A stretch of 64,000 nt of DNA from Tubiluchus corallicola (GCA_030141605.1 JAQGDQ010000074.1:1-64000), one strand, 5' to 3'; counted from the first letter of the stretch, positions 1-14,922 are shown. Numbers and translations are program-made. Notes: generated by a model not told the origin, from the sequence alone.

Positions 1-3000
1 TGCTGTACATATGCACCTCAAATGAGGTGTGGGTAATTTGTTCAGTTTACTTGAAACATATAAAAGAAACTAGCTAAATTAATGAAAGGATCGTAAAGAA
101 GCTTGTAAAATTTTTTACGTTACTATTTCCAAATACTTCAAAAATAGACTACTTCAAAAATAAAATAAAAGAAGACATTGTTAGGAGAATACTAAATAAA
201 TCGAAGATTGTCTTTGTGGATCGATATTTTATGAACACTGTGAACGCAAAAACTGTAGTATTTTAGAGTCTACCTATAAATAAAATAACACGTATATTTT
301 TTCATTGTGTCACAGAGTTGCCCATTGTGTAGCAATAATTTTGCAATAGTAAGATTGCTCTGTCCAGTATAGGTCTGTTTCATTTAATTTCCCTACACGA
401 GCTTAAAACTATTCAACCAAAAGAAAGAAAACAAAAAGAAAGAGAAGTTTCAAAATCGAAGGAAGCTAAGCTCAACAAATCCCATTATTAAACACCGCAG
501 AACCGACAACAGACGTGTTTTCTTTGATCTCCGTGGGCAACAGGTGGAACTATAGGTTTTGCAACGCGGGTGAGCACAGATCCGCGACGCGCGCTTGCAC
601 CTCAACTCTGATGTGTACCTCGCGGATAATCTCGTCTCGCCAGAAAATCTGGAATATATCAGATTCTGGCTTCATTAAGAATAACAACCGGCCGCCGGGT
701 TTCCCACCATGCACACAACCCGGCGTTAGCGACAATAGCGCAGTCAATAATACACTATGATTTAATATTACAATAACCACTTTATTGTTTCTTTTATTCC
801 CAGTGATCTGTGTAGACAGCGCCTAATCTTGCGGGCGCAAAATAGCTATTAGAGTATAGTCAGAGCCATAAAAGAACTTTAAAATTTATCACCCTCCGCG
901 TCAGGATTCTAATTTTTTATTCCGGTAAATAGTTAATCAAGAAAACGAAATTTCAATATTACGTATAAAATTGTCATAGGTTGCAAAAAATAAAAAAATG
1001 TTATATTAATTTTAACAAGTTTTATAAACACATGTATTCGAGCCTTCTCCTTAATAAACTGGTTCTAGGATTTTTCAAACGCTCACTAAAATCTGTTTTT
1101 GTTATAATTAATAAAAGTATGACAACGAATATTTGTCATGACTTATTAAAAGCTGTAATCAATAAAAATACAAAATACTGTAGAGTAGAGTATGCAGAGT
1201 GTAAAATGCGGTAAAGTACACAAGCCATTCTCTCAGCTTTCTCCATACAATTTAAATTATGTTGATTAAGTCAATTAGGCATCACTAATAATAAAAATTA
1301 TCAGAAATGAACGCATACCAATTCTGCAGAGGTGTAATTGTGATAATGCTGTAAGGGTAGTTATGTAAGCCTTGCAAAGTCGAAAAATTAATGGAACAAG
1401 TCACAAACTTAAAATTTTAAAAAAGATATTCATTGTATAACTGTGTGCTCTCTTAAGATTTGCCATTTCATAGACTTTATTCTAAGAAAAAATGCTTCAG
1501 AACGACTCTTTGCATTTCCAGAAAGCGAGTCTTGTAATCAACATTTCATCTTTTGAAATTAAGTTTTATTTTAGTTAACTAGATGTCATCAAATATTCAA
1601 CATTGGCACACATGTTAGGACGTTACAAAAAATTTACTATGTAACGAATATTTAAAAAAATTAAAAACGCAATAAACATATAAATTTCAACAGTTCCTAC
1701 GCTATATGAAATTTGATTTGGTCTATATACATTGTTTGTAAATAAACTGTGAGCATTATTACTTTTCAGGCGAATTATGAAGGGCTTAGTAAGATTACTG
1801 TATATTAAGACTCGCCTCTGTGAGAACTTAAATGTATTATCACACTGTGTTATACAATATAGAACTTTTCAATTTGTGTGCATGAAATAAATTCTTATTG
1901 TTTACTATGCTTCCCATGTTTTATTAATGAAAATGCGTGTTGGTGATATTTTAGTAGTGCACGGCAAGTTTATTACCACGACGACAGGGCAACACTAAAA
2001 GAATAAAGAACACAGAGTTAAACATGGTAAACAATCACACAACAACAAAAACTTATTAGCAATCTAGTTAGGCATGAGTTTTTGCCGTTAAGTAGCTAAA
2101 TTTGTAATGTAATTTCTTCTTTCGCTAGAGGCTACACGCAAAGCATGCATAAATACGTCAATGATTACCCACAAACAGTTTTATACGCAGACATAGCTTT
2201 CGAATACACATAGATTCCTGTCCACGCAGCCAAAATAGCCTTTCAATAGTTCTGACTCAGTTTTCACTCATTACTTCGCCTTTGCAACAAGACCTGTGAC
2301 CGACATGAGCTTTTTATTGTGAGCTGCACCGTACTTTGTGAACAGATGGTATTTTATTAATAATACTTCTACAGAACTGAAATTTAAGACGCGAACGATT
2401 TTGTGCTGGAACCGAGTTACCTGCCGTTCTAAATCACCCTGGGCTAAATGTCTTGTAAAGTTTAACACCACCTTTGCTCTGAACAATAGGTTAAGCCGAA
2501 GAGTTGCTGTATATTACCTACACAAAATAGACGATTTTTAACCATTTGCCCCACATCAAAAATATTTATCGCAAATGTAATTTAAACAGTAATTTTAAGA
2601 AACAACTTGAAGTGAAACATTTGATACAATTTTCGCAATGACGTATAACTAATTTTTAAAGTAAGATCAATTAAAATCAAATGTGTTTTACAAAGAATAA
2701 AAATAATTCTCAGTGTGGCAATTATTTTTAATATATGTCGGTTTTTATATAAGAATATATGAATGAATCGAAATGTTAGCTTATTATTTTTCTGGACAAT
2801 ATTAAAAGAAATACAATAAAACTAAATTGGAAACTGTATGAGGCTTCTTTATACATGTATCTACAAAAGATGAACTCTCATCAAGAAGTGGCGTAGAATT
2901 AAGAAAGAAAATGAAGCAACTCCTTTCTATTAATCAAGCTGCCTGATACAGAAAACTCGCCACGCCATGCTCAGCCTACTATTATTAGCTTTGTTAACAG

Positions 3001-4472
3001 CGTCGGTGTTTACTAAAATTGTTATTGAATTGATATGAGTTGCTGCAGGTGTATACCTGTAAGTCTTTTGGAAAAAAACCGGTGCAATAATACTGAAATA
3101 ATACAAGATAAATTTAGTGCAACCAATGGTTTACAGAAAGATAATTTTGAAAACTACCAAAATTTCTGCGCTGTAAAATTGCACGATAATTAGTCGACAT
3201 TTCTCAGTCATATTTTCAATATAAATAAAACTGTTTAGCATAATGTTATGACAAAAAGCCATAAACTTCAAAATAATATTGAGGTATTCGCTTAATATTG
3301 CAATAATAGTAGTCACTAATACACGCAGCTTGCAACCACATACCAGGCAGATCCAGTTTCTTTTTTTAGTTTTATATAGACGTGTAGACAAGTATTGTTA
3401 AGAACTAACATAGTTCCACGCATGCAGCGAAAGTCACTGGAGGCCAGTACAGAAATTTCTATCAAAGTGGTAATTATTTGATTAAAAATTGTAATTGAAG
3501 AGCTTCATCATGCAGTCCATCTGCAAAAGACTACTAAAATGTATACATCCCAATGAATAAATTTATTGTCACGTATCTCTCAAACAAGAAAACTGCATTT
3601 CTGTAACTTAAAAACTAAAAACGTCATAACGTTATACACAACTCATGAAAAAATAGCAAAAATAATAATAAGTATAAGAAAATCAAACGATTGCTTTTAC
3701 AAAACAATCTGTCATAATAATACTATCGTGTATCACTTTTGATTTGTGTTATAAGTTTACAAGTTTTTACTCGTATACTATTTACAAACGCGTCATAAAA
3801 TAAACAGTTTTGGTGTAGGATGACATTACCTGCTTAACAGATAATCTTAATACGGTAACCGAAAGACGGGTGAAACCTACATAGATGGATGAGCATTTTC
3901 TTAACTTTGATTATTGCGAAAAACTAACACGCGATATTTACAACGTTATTTATCAGTCCTACCAACAGGTAAAACTAGTGTCACAAAGTTTATATTAACT
4001 TTTCCACAATATTTACAACATGCATGTATATTATATAACCTTACCTTACTAGTTTAAAATACTCAACTCAAAACCGGTTAATAATAGTAAAATACTGATA
4101 TGAAGCAATGGAGTGGGGTGTGAGATAATAATCAGTCTTAATTGCATTATCAACACAGTGGTAAGAACCTCTCACGCTTGCTGGTATAAACTTCAGTATA
4201 CTCGCAGAATGTATACACTTCGATCCGCCGCAAACTAATGTGATACTTTATTTATAAGCGAAATTTATGTTTACAATGACTGTGTTTTGTACATAGTGGT
4301 ACGTAATAGTAACGCGTCAAACAAACAATTAACTGCTGCAAGTTTATGCATTAAAAACTTCCACAGTATAAAAGATCTCACACCCATTGGACATTATTCC
4401 AAACAACATGAATAACGATAACACAGATATACAAGACTGTTATTTTTTTATTCAGAGAAGTTTAGCCGAATG

Positions 4473-5699
<1,227 letters not shown>

Positions 5700-5729
5700 C
5701 TACATGGAGAAATGCACTATTTTTCACCA

Positions 5730-5990
5730 AGAATTTTATGATTGGTCACACAAGTTTATTTAATTGCTTGCAAAACACCAGCGTTAATAACTGTGTGGCC
5801 ACGCATCTGCAGCGAGATTAGCCACTGTGTTATGCCGCTAGCAACATGGCGTAATATGATGGATGGTGAAGTCAAACTCATTGCTGATTGGGTGACGCTA
5901 TGTGATTGACGCAGACGAGTCGAAGCTGTGTAGTTTAAACCGCGTTCGTATTCACATCATGCCCATTGAAACGGGCAAACAATAGCTCAT
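5730..5990 (-). promoter_or_regulatory. Putative POU3 proximal promoter / 5' regulatory region
   Basis: Relatively GC/CpG-rich segment directly upstream of the ATG. It has minus-strand CCAAT boxes (plus-strand ATTGG near 5741 and 5887), CTAGCAAC (RFX half-site-like), AACATGGCG (YY1-like) and TGATGGATGG (Pbx-Hox-like). The TSS cannot be located. Confidence 0.45.
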
Positions 5991-7380
5991 GACCAGCGAA
6001 GCGAGCACGGCTTAAAATAAGTTCTGCTATTGTAGGCTGTAGCATTAAACGTTTCTAAGCATATAATTCTTCTTGTTTGGTAGGGGGCAGCTTTGTACAT
6101 CGGCATCGTTTATCAAGTAAGATAAGCTCAAGGTTACGTGAACTGTAAAGACATTTCTTTTGGCATTTGTTATCCTGTGTTACGACCCACAGTGACAAAA
6201 ATGAAAGCCACCACAACGCTCACCTCCCATTCGTTAACTTATGTTGACCCGTCTTGCGTATTTAATTAGCTAAAATCAAAAGCAGGAAGTTGGGCTCATA
6301 CACGAGTCCTGTAGCCGACAATGCCAGGAAATGTTCGGAATTTACTGGCAGTCTGCAAAAACATGTTCACGAATTTTTGTCCAGCTTATTAAAAACGCCT
6401 TGCATGCTACGTACCCGGCCTCAGCTCTTAACAAATATCTAAATGAAAACGTACAGTAAATCTAAGTTGTACAGTAATACTATCCTGTACATATGTAATC
6501 AAATTTAAGGCCTTCATGTAAGCATTCACCTTATTAGGTTTAATAATACTAGCCAATTTTTAAATGTTCGTCAATCAGTTTAACGCTTTTTCTTAACCAC
6601 GCAACTATTAACAATTTATCAATGGCACATATCCAGTCACTTATCAGTCACCAATTCAAGAACACACGACCAAGGGAAGATGCTCAAATCTAGAAACTTT
6701 CAATAAGATCAAACGGTTAACTTCATGAATAATGCAATATTCTGACAAAACTTGTCTTTGTGATAACAATGCTTGATTGCTTGGCACGCGAACCTCTCGA
6801 AGTAAGTGGATCTGTATGGGAATACCCTCTATTTGAAATGTTAATCAGGTCTAGCCTGTTATCACTCTAATCTTATTATCATACCTGTAGCAGTGAATGA
6901 GCGAGTGACTTGAATACTCGATCGTTTAACCAGGTATCAAAGGGAATTTCGGCTTATGAATAAATTCTGTATGTACACCTAAAAAGGAAAAACATTTTAT
7001 GGCTTAGTATTAATTGAAATAATTCTATTTGACGTTCTACTAAGCCATCGCGTGTATCGAATAGTATTCAAATTGTTAGAATTTTCTACACAATTTCAAA
7101 ATAAATAATTATGATGAGTTTATATTTTTCAGTTAATCAGTTTGACTATATTTGGGCATTTAAATTCCAGACCTGACATGTAATAAGTTTAACCCTAGTT
7201 TCAACTTTTAATACCTTAACTTTAAATTGTGGCAGTTTCGTTTCATTTGCTAGAACTGATCAGTCGGCTAGAAGCGTACATCAGTTTTAAGAACTACGTA
7301 CAATGTTAATTTCAAAATCAGAAAGAATTGATTAATGATTACAGGATTATAACTGTAACTCACGAACCTTATAATACAAA

Positions 7381-7412
7381 GATTCCTGGTTCAAATCCAG
7401 GATCGGTCGTGA
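7381..7412 (+). other. Isolated Pol III B-box / T-arm-like hairpin (possible tRNA-derived SINE relic)
   Basis: CCTGGTTCAAATCCAGG forms a 5-bp stem around TTCAAAT. No A-box or cloverleaf could be built. Confidence 0.25.
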
Positions 7413-9167
7413 CTGTTTTACATTTCCTTCTTTTTGGACAAGTTTAGCTTTAAAATTCAAAAATTGTAGGCTTGTTTCACCTTAAGCTATGAGATGCGTT
7501 ATACAGCCAGGCTCTGGGAATCTGAATTACTATAAATCACACGTTAGTTACATCTTACCTACAATTTAGGCACATAATATGTGATCTAGTAATGTCATGA
7601 GGACGCGCGGTGTTTGGAACAGGCTGAGTGGCCGCAGGCTGTTTCCGCAATGGGCCAGTCGGGGAGCTGCTGACACTAGCTTTAGAACAAAGGGTTTATG
7701 GTGGCTGAATAGTCGCAGTTAATTGTTTATTATTGAACGGCTGGCCCTTTATCCTCACTGTATAGTACGAGAAAATCTAAAGCTGAGAACAACAAGTCAA
7801 CCAGTAGCAAGATTATTAAGATAGCAAAATCCAAAACGCAACAAACAACCGAAAACAGTAACTGTTGTGATGGATGTTTTATAAGAAATACATTGAACAG
7901 TCTTCTAGACAGACGTACTACTAAAACGTTTTCCAGTTACCATACGCAAATCTAACGTAAATTTTAATAATAATCATTATTAATTACTAGGTCACTGCCT
8001 GTGTATCTTAGCTTTTTTATATAGCAATAAGGTGAATGACACACAAAGTAAAGGGCCATGAAAAATGTTATAATATGTATATACGTCCAGAAAAATAGAA
8101 TTCATAAAACTAATTCGTTAGTGACAGAAGCGACTTCTTAAATCGTCTCAGGTTGTAGTTTTCAGGGAAACAAGCTAGCAAGCATGGTGCAACGTATAAA
8201 CGAACAAAGTTACAATTATTTTTGCAGTTTGAGTATGCACGGAAATTTAATGGCTTTTTAAGCACTTTGCGCTGTCGTGAACTGTCTCGCAAACAAAGGT
8301 TTAAGGGACGTTAAACGCTAGAAGGCTAGTCTCGGTAAAACGCGCACAATTTTTTTCTGTGACGTGGGTCCTCCGTCGGTTATTGTGAACAGTACGTAGC
8401 ATGTGCACACATCGTTGATCATGTGTGGGTAGATTACAACGATATTAAGTTGAATTGAATTTTATTTGCGTTTTTAACAACACAAACAACACGCAAAATT
8501 AAATATAAAATGTTTGGAAGTCCTGGACCAAACAGGGAAAAAAAAGAAGAAATCAACAAAATTACAGATACCCAAGCTTTACAAAGGAACGACGACTTAA
8601 AAACTCTTGACGTCTAATACAATAAAAATATTCACCTAAAAATTAAATTTGAGCAATAAACAAAGCACAACAACTGTGATTTTTCTTACAGTCTACCATA
8701 CGGGCAAATTACCTTTGAGTGTTAATGACTTTTGAATATGAGTTAAAGCAAATATTTACGATTAATACGTATATACACTATACAGTGTTTTAATTGGGAC
8801 CACAACCATGAGTTTTGTTACGGAGTTCAATCTGAATTATGTGGTCAGTATTGTGTAATGCGCGATTTTTGAAATGTTCAACGCCTTAAATACTATAAAA
8901 TTTTTATTTTGTGCGATAAGTTCGTTCTTTATGAAAGGGCGAATATAAGTGATCGTTTTGTAAATAGATGTGCTACTGATGTTGTCAAAGGGGCAAGGTC
9001 AATTCAAACGAAAAATGACAATACGCTTACAGCGGCAGAAACAGACCCGTGTTCTCTCGATAACCTGTATTACTGCATTGCTTAATCTATCCACAGAAAT
9101 GGCTAGTTTTAACGTATTGTAAAAATGCGAAATTAGGATACTGATATTTTGAACTATTTTAACCAAA

Positions 9168-9216
9168 ACACACACACACACGCACTCACGCACGCACGCA
9201 CGCACTCGCGCGCGCA
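9168..9216. repeat. Compound microsatellite (CA)n-(CGCA)n-(CG)n
   Basis: Read directly from the sequence. It is followed by AAGGTCAAAAGTTC / AAGGTCGAAGGTTA motifs reminiscent of Helentron-type non-autonomous elements. Confidence 0.9.
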
Positions 9217-11856
9217 GACGTTTCTAAAGGAAATAAACAACAAACAAAAATCAAATTCATAGGTTTCAGTCCAGGTGAAAGCAGTAAGGGAGGCAAAGGA
9301 TGAGTAAAAGATGTAAATGTACAAAAGGATCATGACTAAAAACCTGCAAGTAGGCACCCGAAATCGGTAACTTGTTGTACATATAGAGTAATCGATGACT
9401 TTGGGTATAATTCAAAGGTCAAAAGTTCGGCAACCAATCTTAGGTAATTATTTGTATTAGGGCTACCAGGTAATGGGAAGGGGCAGATTTCAATGTGGTT
9501 GGTGATATTCTTGATTGGTGGTTCAAGGTCGAAGGTTATTTGAAGCCAAAAGTTTTACTACCAAGGAATTAGTTATTTAAAACCCAAAGCTATAAGGACT
9601 AGGCAACCAAATTTAAAGCAAGTACAGGAAGTAACTTCAAGGAACCGTATTTAGAAACAACTCGAAAGAACGGCTGCAAATTCGCCACCTGTAGAGACGT
9701 TTGTTATTCGGAACCTTTTTCTTCGTAATTGATAATGAAAAGTGTTTCTGCTCAAGTGGTTATCAAATAATAATCTCAATTCTTCTATAATGTATAATTA
9801 AATAGAAAAAAAAGAGCAATGTTATTCTGAATTTTGCGATTTCAGACTTTTATAATTACTAAGTCAATATAATTTGCCCCGGAGCTGAAAGCCGTGTACA
9901 TGTTTATGTACATTTACGCATATATAAGTGCTAAAGGGAAGGCTAACTTATGTTTTTGCTTAAAATTCTGTAAGTCACCTATGTAATTTATTAGTTATTA
10001 GTAAAAATTACTAATAAGCCATGCCAAAATTCTGCAAGAAAAATGCAAACTGTATTTATTAACAAAAATATTGCTGTTATTGATTATCAGAGACGAGTTC
10101 TTATTATAATGTTTTCAACACATCAAAAGTTACGAAAACAGTTAGGCCCGCGGAGACATGCAATTTTCAGTTGCTCAATTAACAGTTGTGTAACTTCACT
10201 ATTGAGATTGAAGAGGTCGCATGTATGCGTGTATTAATGCCTAAAAAACAAATAGACACCCGAAATGTTGGGCTTACCCAATAAATTTTAGCGAAAGGGC
10301 AGTTTTATAAGCTCTGAAACGATTTGCGGGTCTATTCGAGTAACTTGTTTGGTTATCATCGGACGAGTTCATATAGCTTTTGTGAAGTGTTCCGTATTAG
10401 TGGACTCTACCTTGACATTAAGTGGAGAAAAACCATTACACGAGAGAAACTACTCTTGTCTTTGGGCTTGTCTTACTGCTCAGTGTAAGGTTACTTGAGC
10501 ATGTTTTACAGCTCACTTGAGAAGCCGTTATAATGTACTGTGAATATAGTATTATGTGTTATAATGTTATGTTATTTGGTCTTCTCAGTTGGTATGAAAA
10601 GGTAGAAGGTTATACAACAATATCGAATTTTATACAAATTTGTGGCTCGCATATCTGGAGTATGGGATGACTGACCAGAAGTATAATAGGCATCTATCAT
10701 TGTGAATGGCCGCAGTAGTATGAAAATCAGAACTGGGCAGCAGAAATTTGTTGATTACATTGAGATGTTGTCGCACGTGCAATTCACTTTCAAGAATGTT
10801 TATATTCGTTATTTTGTTTTAACTGTTATTTCTTTTGTACGTTTAATGGTGCCTTTTAATAAGACACTGTCCTTTTTTTGCTTAACTATTGTGTTTGGTT
10901 AAAAGTTATGCAATTAAAAGTTGCATGTCTGCCCGATGTCACTGAAAACAGTACATTACACAATAGTTGCGCAACTAAATGTTTGAGCTCAGATTGCAAC
11001 TTATAATTGCATAAATTTTTAATTACAGGTGCCTGCGCGCTCTCACTGACTTCAGTTATTTACAGATTTTGCAGCATTTACTGGGCAAATTAAGTTGCAC
11101 AAGTAGCATGTTACGCAGAAACTAAGGCATCATTTAATTCAGCGCTCTTCATTATTGATGAGTTTGCTCTATTATGGACTATAACTCATTTGTCGAATTT
11201 CGTTACCCATGACCTTCAAAATAATGATGTCTGTTGCCTAAAAATAACAGTTGAACGAGTATTTTACAAGCTGCTAGATGTTAGATTACAAAGCATATGT
11301 ACGGCACTTTACAAAGTCTTTATCAAAGTCAAATTTCAACCCAAACTAGCTCAAATTAATATATAGAAGATAAAATTGCTGCAATAGAAGCTTCCTCTTC
11401 CTTGTGAGAAATAGTAAAATACTATGCCTAAATTTGGTATTGCAATTTTGCATAATTACATTCTCAGTTTTTAAAATTTTGCATTCGTTTCATGAAGACA
11501 TTAGCTCTTCTTCTTAGTCACATATACTATTCTGATTCAGTTACCTGCTTACTGCACACGTTACAAGTCCTGGAATATTTCCAATATTTCTTGGTGAAAT
11601 ATCATTTTGGCTTTTAATGGTGAAGCTACGCTTCAAGTTACTAGAAACGGCACCAAAAAGACTTCTCTAAGCACTGCATGAGAACAGTTTTAATTAACCT
11701 GCTGGCATACTAAGTAAAGCAAGGTCATTTAAATCAACTGACACAAACTACATCTGTATGTAGATAAGTAATTAGTTAATCAGTTACTGTTTGAAACGAC
11801 ACGTCGTTTAGCACGTTGGGTTTATTTTACTGCTGTCACTTAAACTTAGAAAAATA

Positions 11857-12267
11857 TTAGGTGGCGCAAAAAACGTGCCGAAGTTTTGATCACTATAATA
11901 TTATAAGGAGAAAATAATGAAATCGCTTAAAAATTAGCATAATGTTGTTACAAACTAACGTACAAGTGTTTCTTTCAACAGTTAACAGTTTCTCAATTCT
12001 TTAAATATTAGTGTATTGAGTGTTTTATACACGCTGATGTGGCTATTTTTCAATTGATGGTTACGTGACATTGTTCCTACATTCAAATTTTTAATATACA
12101 AAAGCTTTTCGGTTATAACTAAGAACAGTTAAATACAAGCTTGAAACTTTTACAAGAAAAAAGTTAATGCACTGTAGTATAAGGATAAGAAATTTCGACT
12201 TTATAGAGCATTTGCGTTTAATGTAATTGTAGTCTAAATTTCGGCACATTTTTTCTGTGCCGCCTGA
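11857..12267. mobile_element. Tc1/mariner-type MITE (about 411 bp)
   Basis: Imperfect ~30-bp TIRs (TTAGGTGGCGCAAAAAACGTGCCGAAGTTT ... AAATTTCGGCACATTTTTTCTGTGCCGCCTGA), with TA on both sides (11855-11856 and 12268-12269). Confidence 0.8.
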
Positions 12268-12450
12268 TATAACAAAGAAAGTTGCAAAAAAAAACTATTT
12301 ATAAATTTAATTTTGTCATATATAATCTAGGTAGATATGGATTTTTATGACTAATTCTATGGAAGACTTGGCATTATTAGACTCAGAAATTAAAAAGATA
12401 AACACTACACCTTTGTAATTTTAGTAAAATCAGTAACGCAAAAATATTAG

Positions 12451-13560
12451 ACGTTTTACGTCCGCAAAAGTTGTTTCCATTGGGACCGCACTCATTCCAT
12501 AAAATACGTCATAAATGAGCCAAAAGTTTAGCGCGAAATTCTAAACAAGAGATTCTAGAAGAAAGAAGATTTTTATTTTGCTGTGGTGGTTAAAGAAAAA
12601 GGCAAGTAGGCGATACAGAAAGCGACAGCATCGTTTTTGGCTACACCCTATATTTGAAAACCGTGGACAGCTGGGCGAATATCATCATTTGTTGCAACAA
12701 GTTGTAATGGATGAAGAAATGTGCCTTAGTTATTTGAGAATGTAACCTACAACCTTCCGAATTTTGCTTGATTTGTGTTCTGAACATCTTTAGAAACAGA
12801 ACACAAATTTTCGGGATTGTATTTCACCAGAACAGTGCCTTGTTGTTACGCTAAGGTAAACAGAGCCAACAACTAATTAACTGTATCTTAGCATGAAATT
12901 ATTATTCGAATTTTTACATCAGCCAATGCAGGTGCAAGTACCTTTTGCGTGTGAAACAGTGAAAGCCATAAGCGTATTGCATAATTTTATTCTCCATGAA
13001 GAACCTGGTCGGGCTCCCCTAGAATGCAACGAGCCTTACCAAGCTGTCCTGGAACTAATACAGGATGTAGCGGAAACGCGTGGACGTCCAGTAAGTTCAG
13101 CAATGAGTACTAGACAAGCGTTCTTGGATTACTTTATTTTTCCTGCTGGTTCAGTGCCCTGGCAGCAGCAACGTATTGGTCGAGTGTAACCTAACCATTT
13201 TTCAATTGGCGGTGAAGACAAACGGTAACAGTTTCAACGAAATCTTGTGCGAAGCCTTAAAATTATCTACTTTAGATTTTTTCCTTCTTATTACTAATAT
13301 GTTGCAGTTGACTACGATTTTGCACGTCCACATATTGCAATTTTTACAGCGTGTTTGCAAACAAACAAAAAAGGTTGAACAATTAAAGTGCGGATCCGTG
13401 CGTATACGTGGCTTTCCGTGCGGTCGCAGTGGAAACGACAGACACGTAAAACAATCGTATTCAAAGTCGGGCCATTGTATCAATTTGATACATACGTGTG
13501 AGTCATACAGAAACAGTCTGTGTCTGTGCGTGTCTGTGCGGGCGCAGTGGAAACGCGGCC
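12451..13560 (+). mobile_element. Internally deleted PIF/Harbinger transposon, copy 1 (transposase pseudogene)
   Basis: 12515-12855 translates, with stops, to RFWLHPIFENRGQLGEYHHLLQQ..SYLRM*PTTFRILLDL..KQNTNFRDCISPEQCLVVTLR followed by a GT donor; this is a Harbinger transposase N-terminus. 12893-13189 gives the C-terminus (KAISVLHNFI...RQAFLDYF..AGSVPWQ). The DDE core is missing. The right TIR ...GCAGTGGAAACGCGGCC is followed by TAA; the left TIR is absent. Confidence 0.85.
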
Positions 13561-13859
13561 TAAGGAGTTTTTGTTATAAAGTTCACTTTCCAGTATATTA
13601 AGGTCTGATTTTGCAATTCTATGATCCACGCATTTCTGTAAATTTATAGTATATTTACAATCTTATTGCAACAATAATATCAACTTTGTCCTGAAAATGG
13701 CCTTGCATAGATGTGGCGTTACAAGGGAAAAATATAAGCTTCAAAACATTGTTAGTTACTTATTAAAACGCGTTTTTTTATTTGAAGTGAAAACAATAGG
13801 TCCATTTACATTCCACTGCAAAGCACGCTGTGAAATTGTAATATATGGGCATGCAACAC

Positions 13860-14577
13860 ACGTTTTGCACAGGATTTCAATGAAACTGCAACTATTTGGC
13901 TTCACCACCAAGTGAAAAATAGCCAAGTTCAAGTCGACCAGTACTTTGCTGCTGCCAGGGCACCGAACCAACAGGAGAAATTCACGAAAGCTTGTCTAGT
14001 GCTCGATGCTGAATGCACTGTAGGCTATCCAAATTTTATTGCAAGTCTCATTAATAATTACAATTAGTCATTAATTACATATAATATGGTACGCGTATAA
14101 TAATAATTATCAAAATTTTAAATACTGCAATAATTTCATGCCGAGGTACAGTTAAGTGATTGTTGGCTTTGTTTATCTTAACATAACAACAAGATCCTGT
14201 TCGGGTGAAATACAATTCCCAACATCTAATCAAGGTTGCAGGTTGCATTTTCAAACAATTTAGGCATTTTTTCATCAATTACAACTTGTTGTAATTCGCC
14301 TTGGTGTTCATGGTTTTCAAACTCAAAAATAATGTTGTTGCTTCTTGTGTCGCTTAATTGCCTTTTTCTTTAACCACCAGAGGTCCATAGCAAAATAAAA
14401 TCTTCTTTGTTGTAGAAAGTCTCATGTCTAGAACTTCGCGCTAAAATTCTGGCGTATTTATGAGGTGTTGTTCGAAATGAGTGAGGTCTCAATGGAAACA
14501 ACTTTGCGGACGTAAAACGTGCGGACAGAAAAGTCTGTGTCTGTAAGTATCTGTGCGGACGCAGTGAAAACGCGGCT
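13860..14577 (-). mobile_element. Internally deleted PIF/Harbinger transposon, copy 2 (inverted relative to copy 1)
   Basis: The reverse complement of 14160-14520 aligns with 12451-12873, and 13860-14015 aligns with 13095-13255. It keeps the 5' TIR (plus strand GCAGTGAAAACGCGGCT ending at 14577). Confidence 0.85.
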
Positions 14578-14922
14578 CAAGTTTGCTTAAATTGTATTAC
14601 GTTACGTCATGTTACGCTACATTACGCGATGTTGCATTATGTTACACTAAATTAGATTATCTATTCTATATTACATGGTAACATAGTGCAATCATATTAC
14701 GTGACGCATGTTCTACCATTTACACGTTTTTGTTTTATCAGACTCGTAACATAGTAAAATTATGTCGAAAACAGAAAACAGTAAACATATTTATGTAAAG
14801 ATTCTGATTAGTATTATATTTATGTGCATATTACTGCTAGTACGATATTGATTACCAGATACAGTCTGCTAGTTTGTAAAACTTTTTGATTAGGTAAGGG
14901 TGAAATGACTTTTTAGAGGATT

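Noticed and set aside
7360-7420. Intact tRNA gene
   Set aside because: Only a T-arm/B-box is present; no acceptor stem, D-arm or anticodon arm could be built.
12893-13189. Domesticated HARBI1-like host gene
   Set aside because: The upstream exon has in-frame stops, the DDE core is deleted, a TIR is present and a second copy is adjacent.
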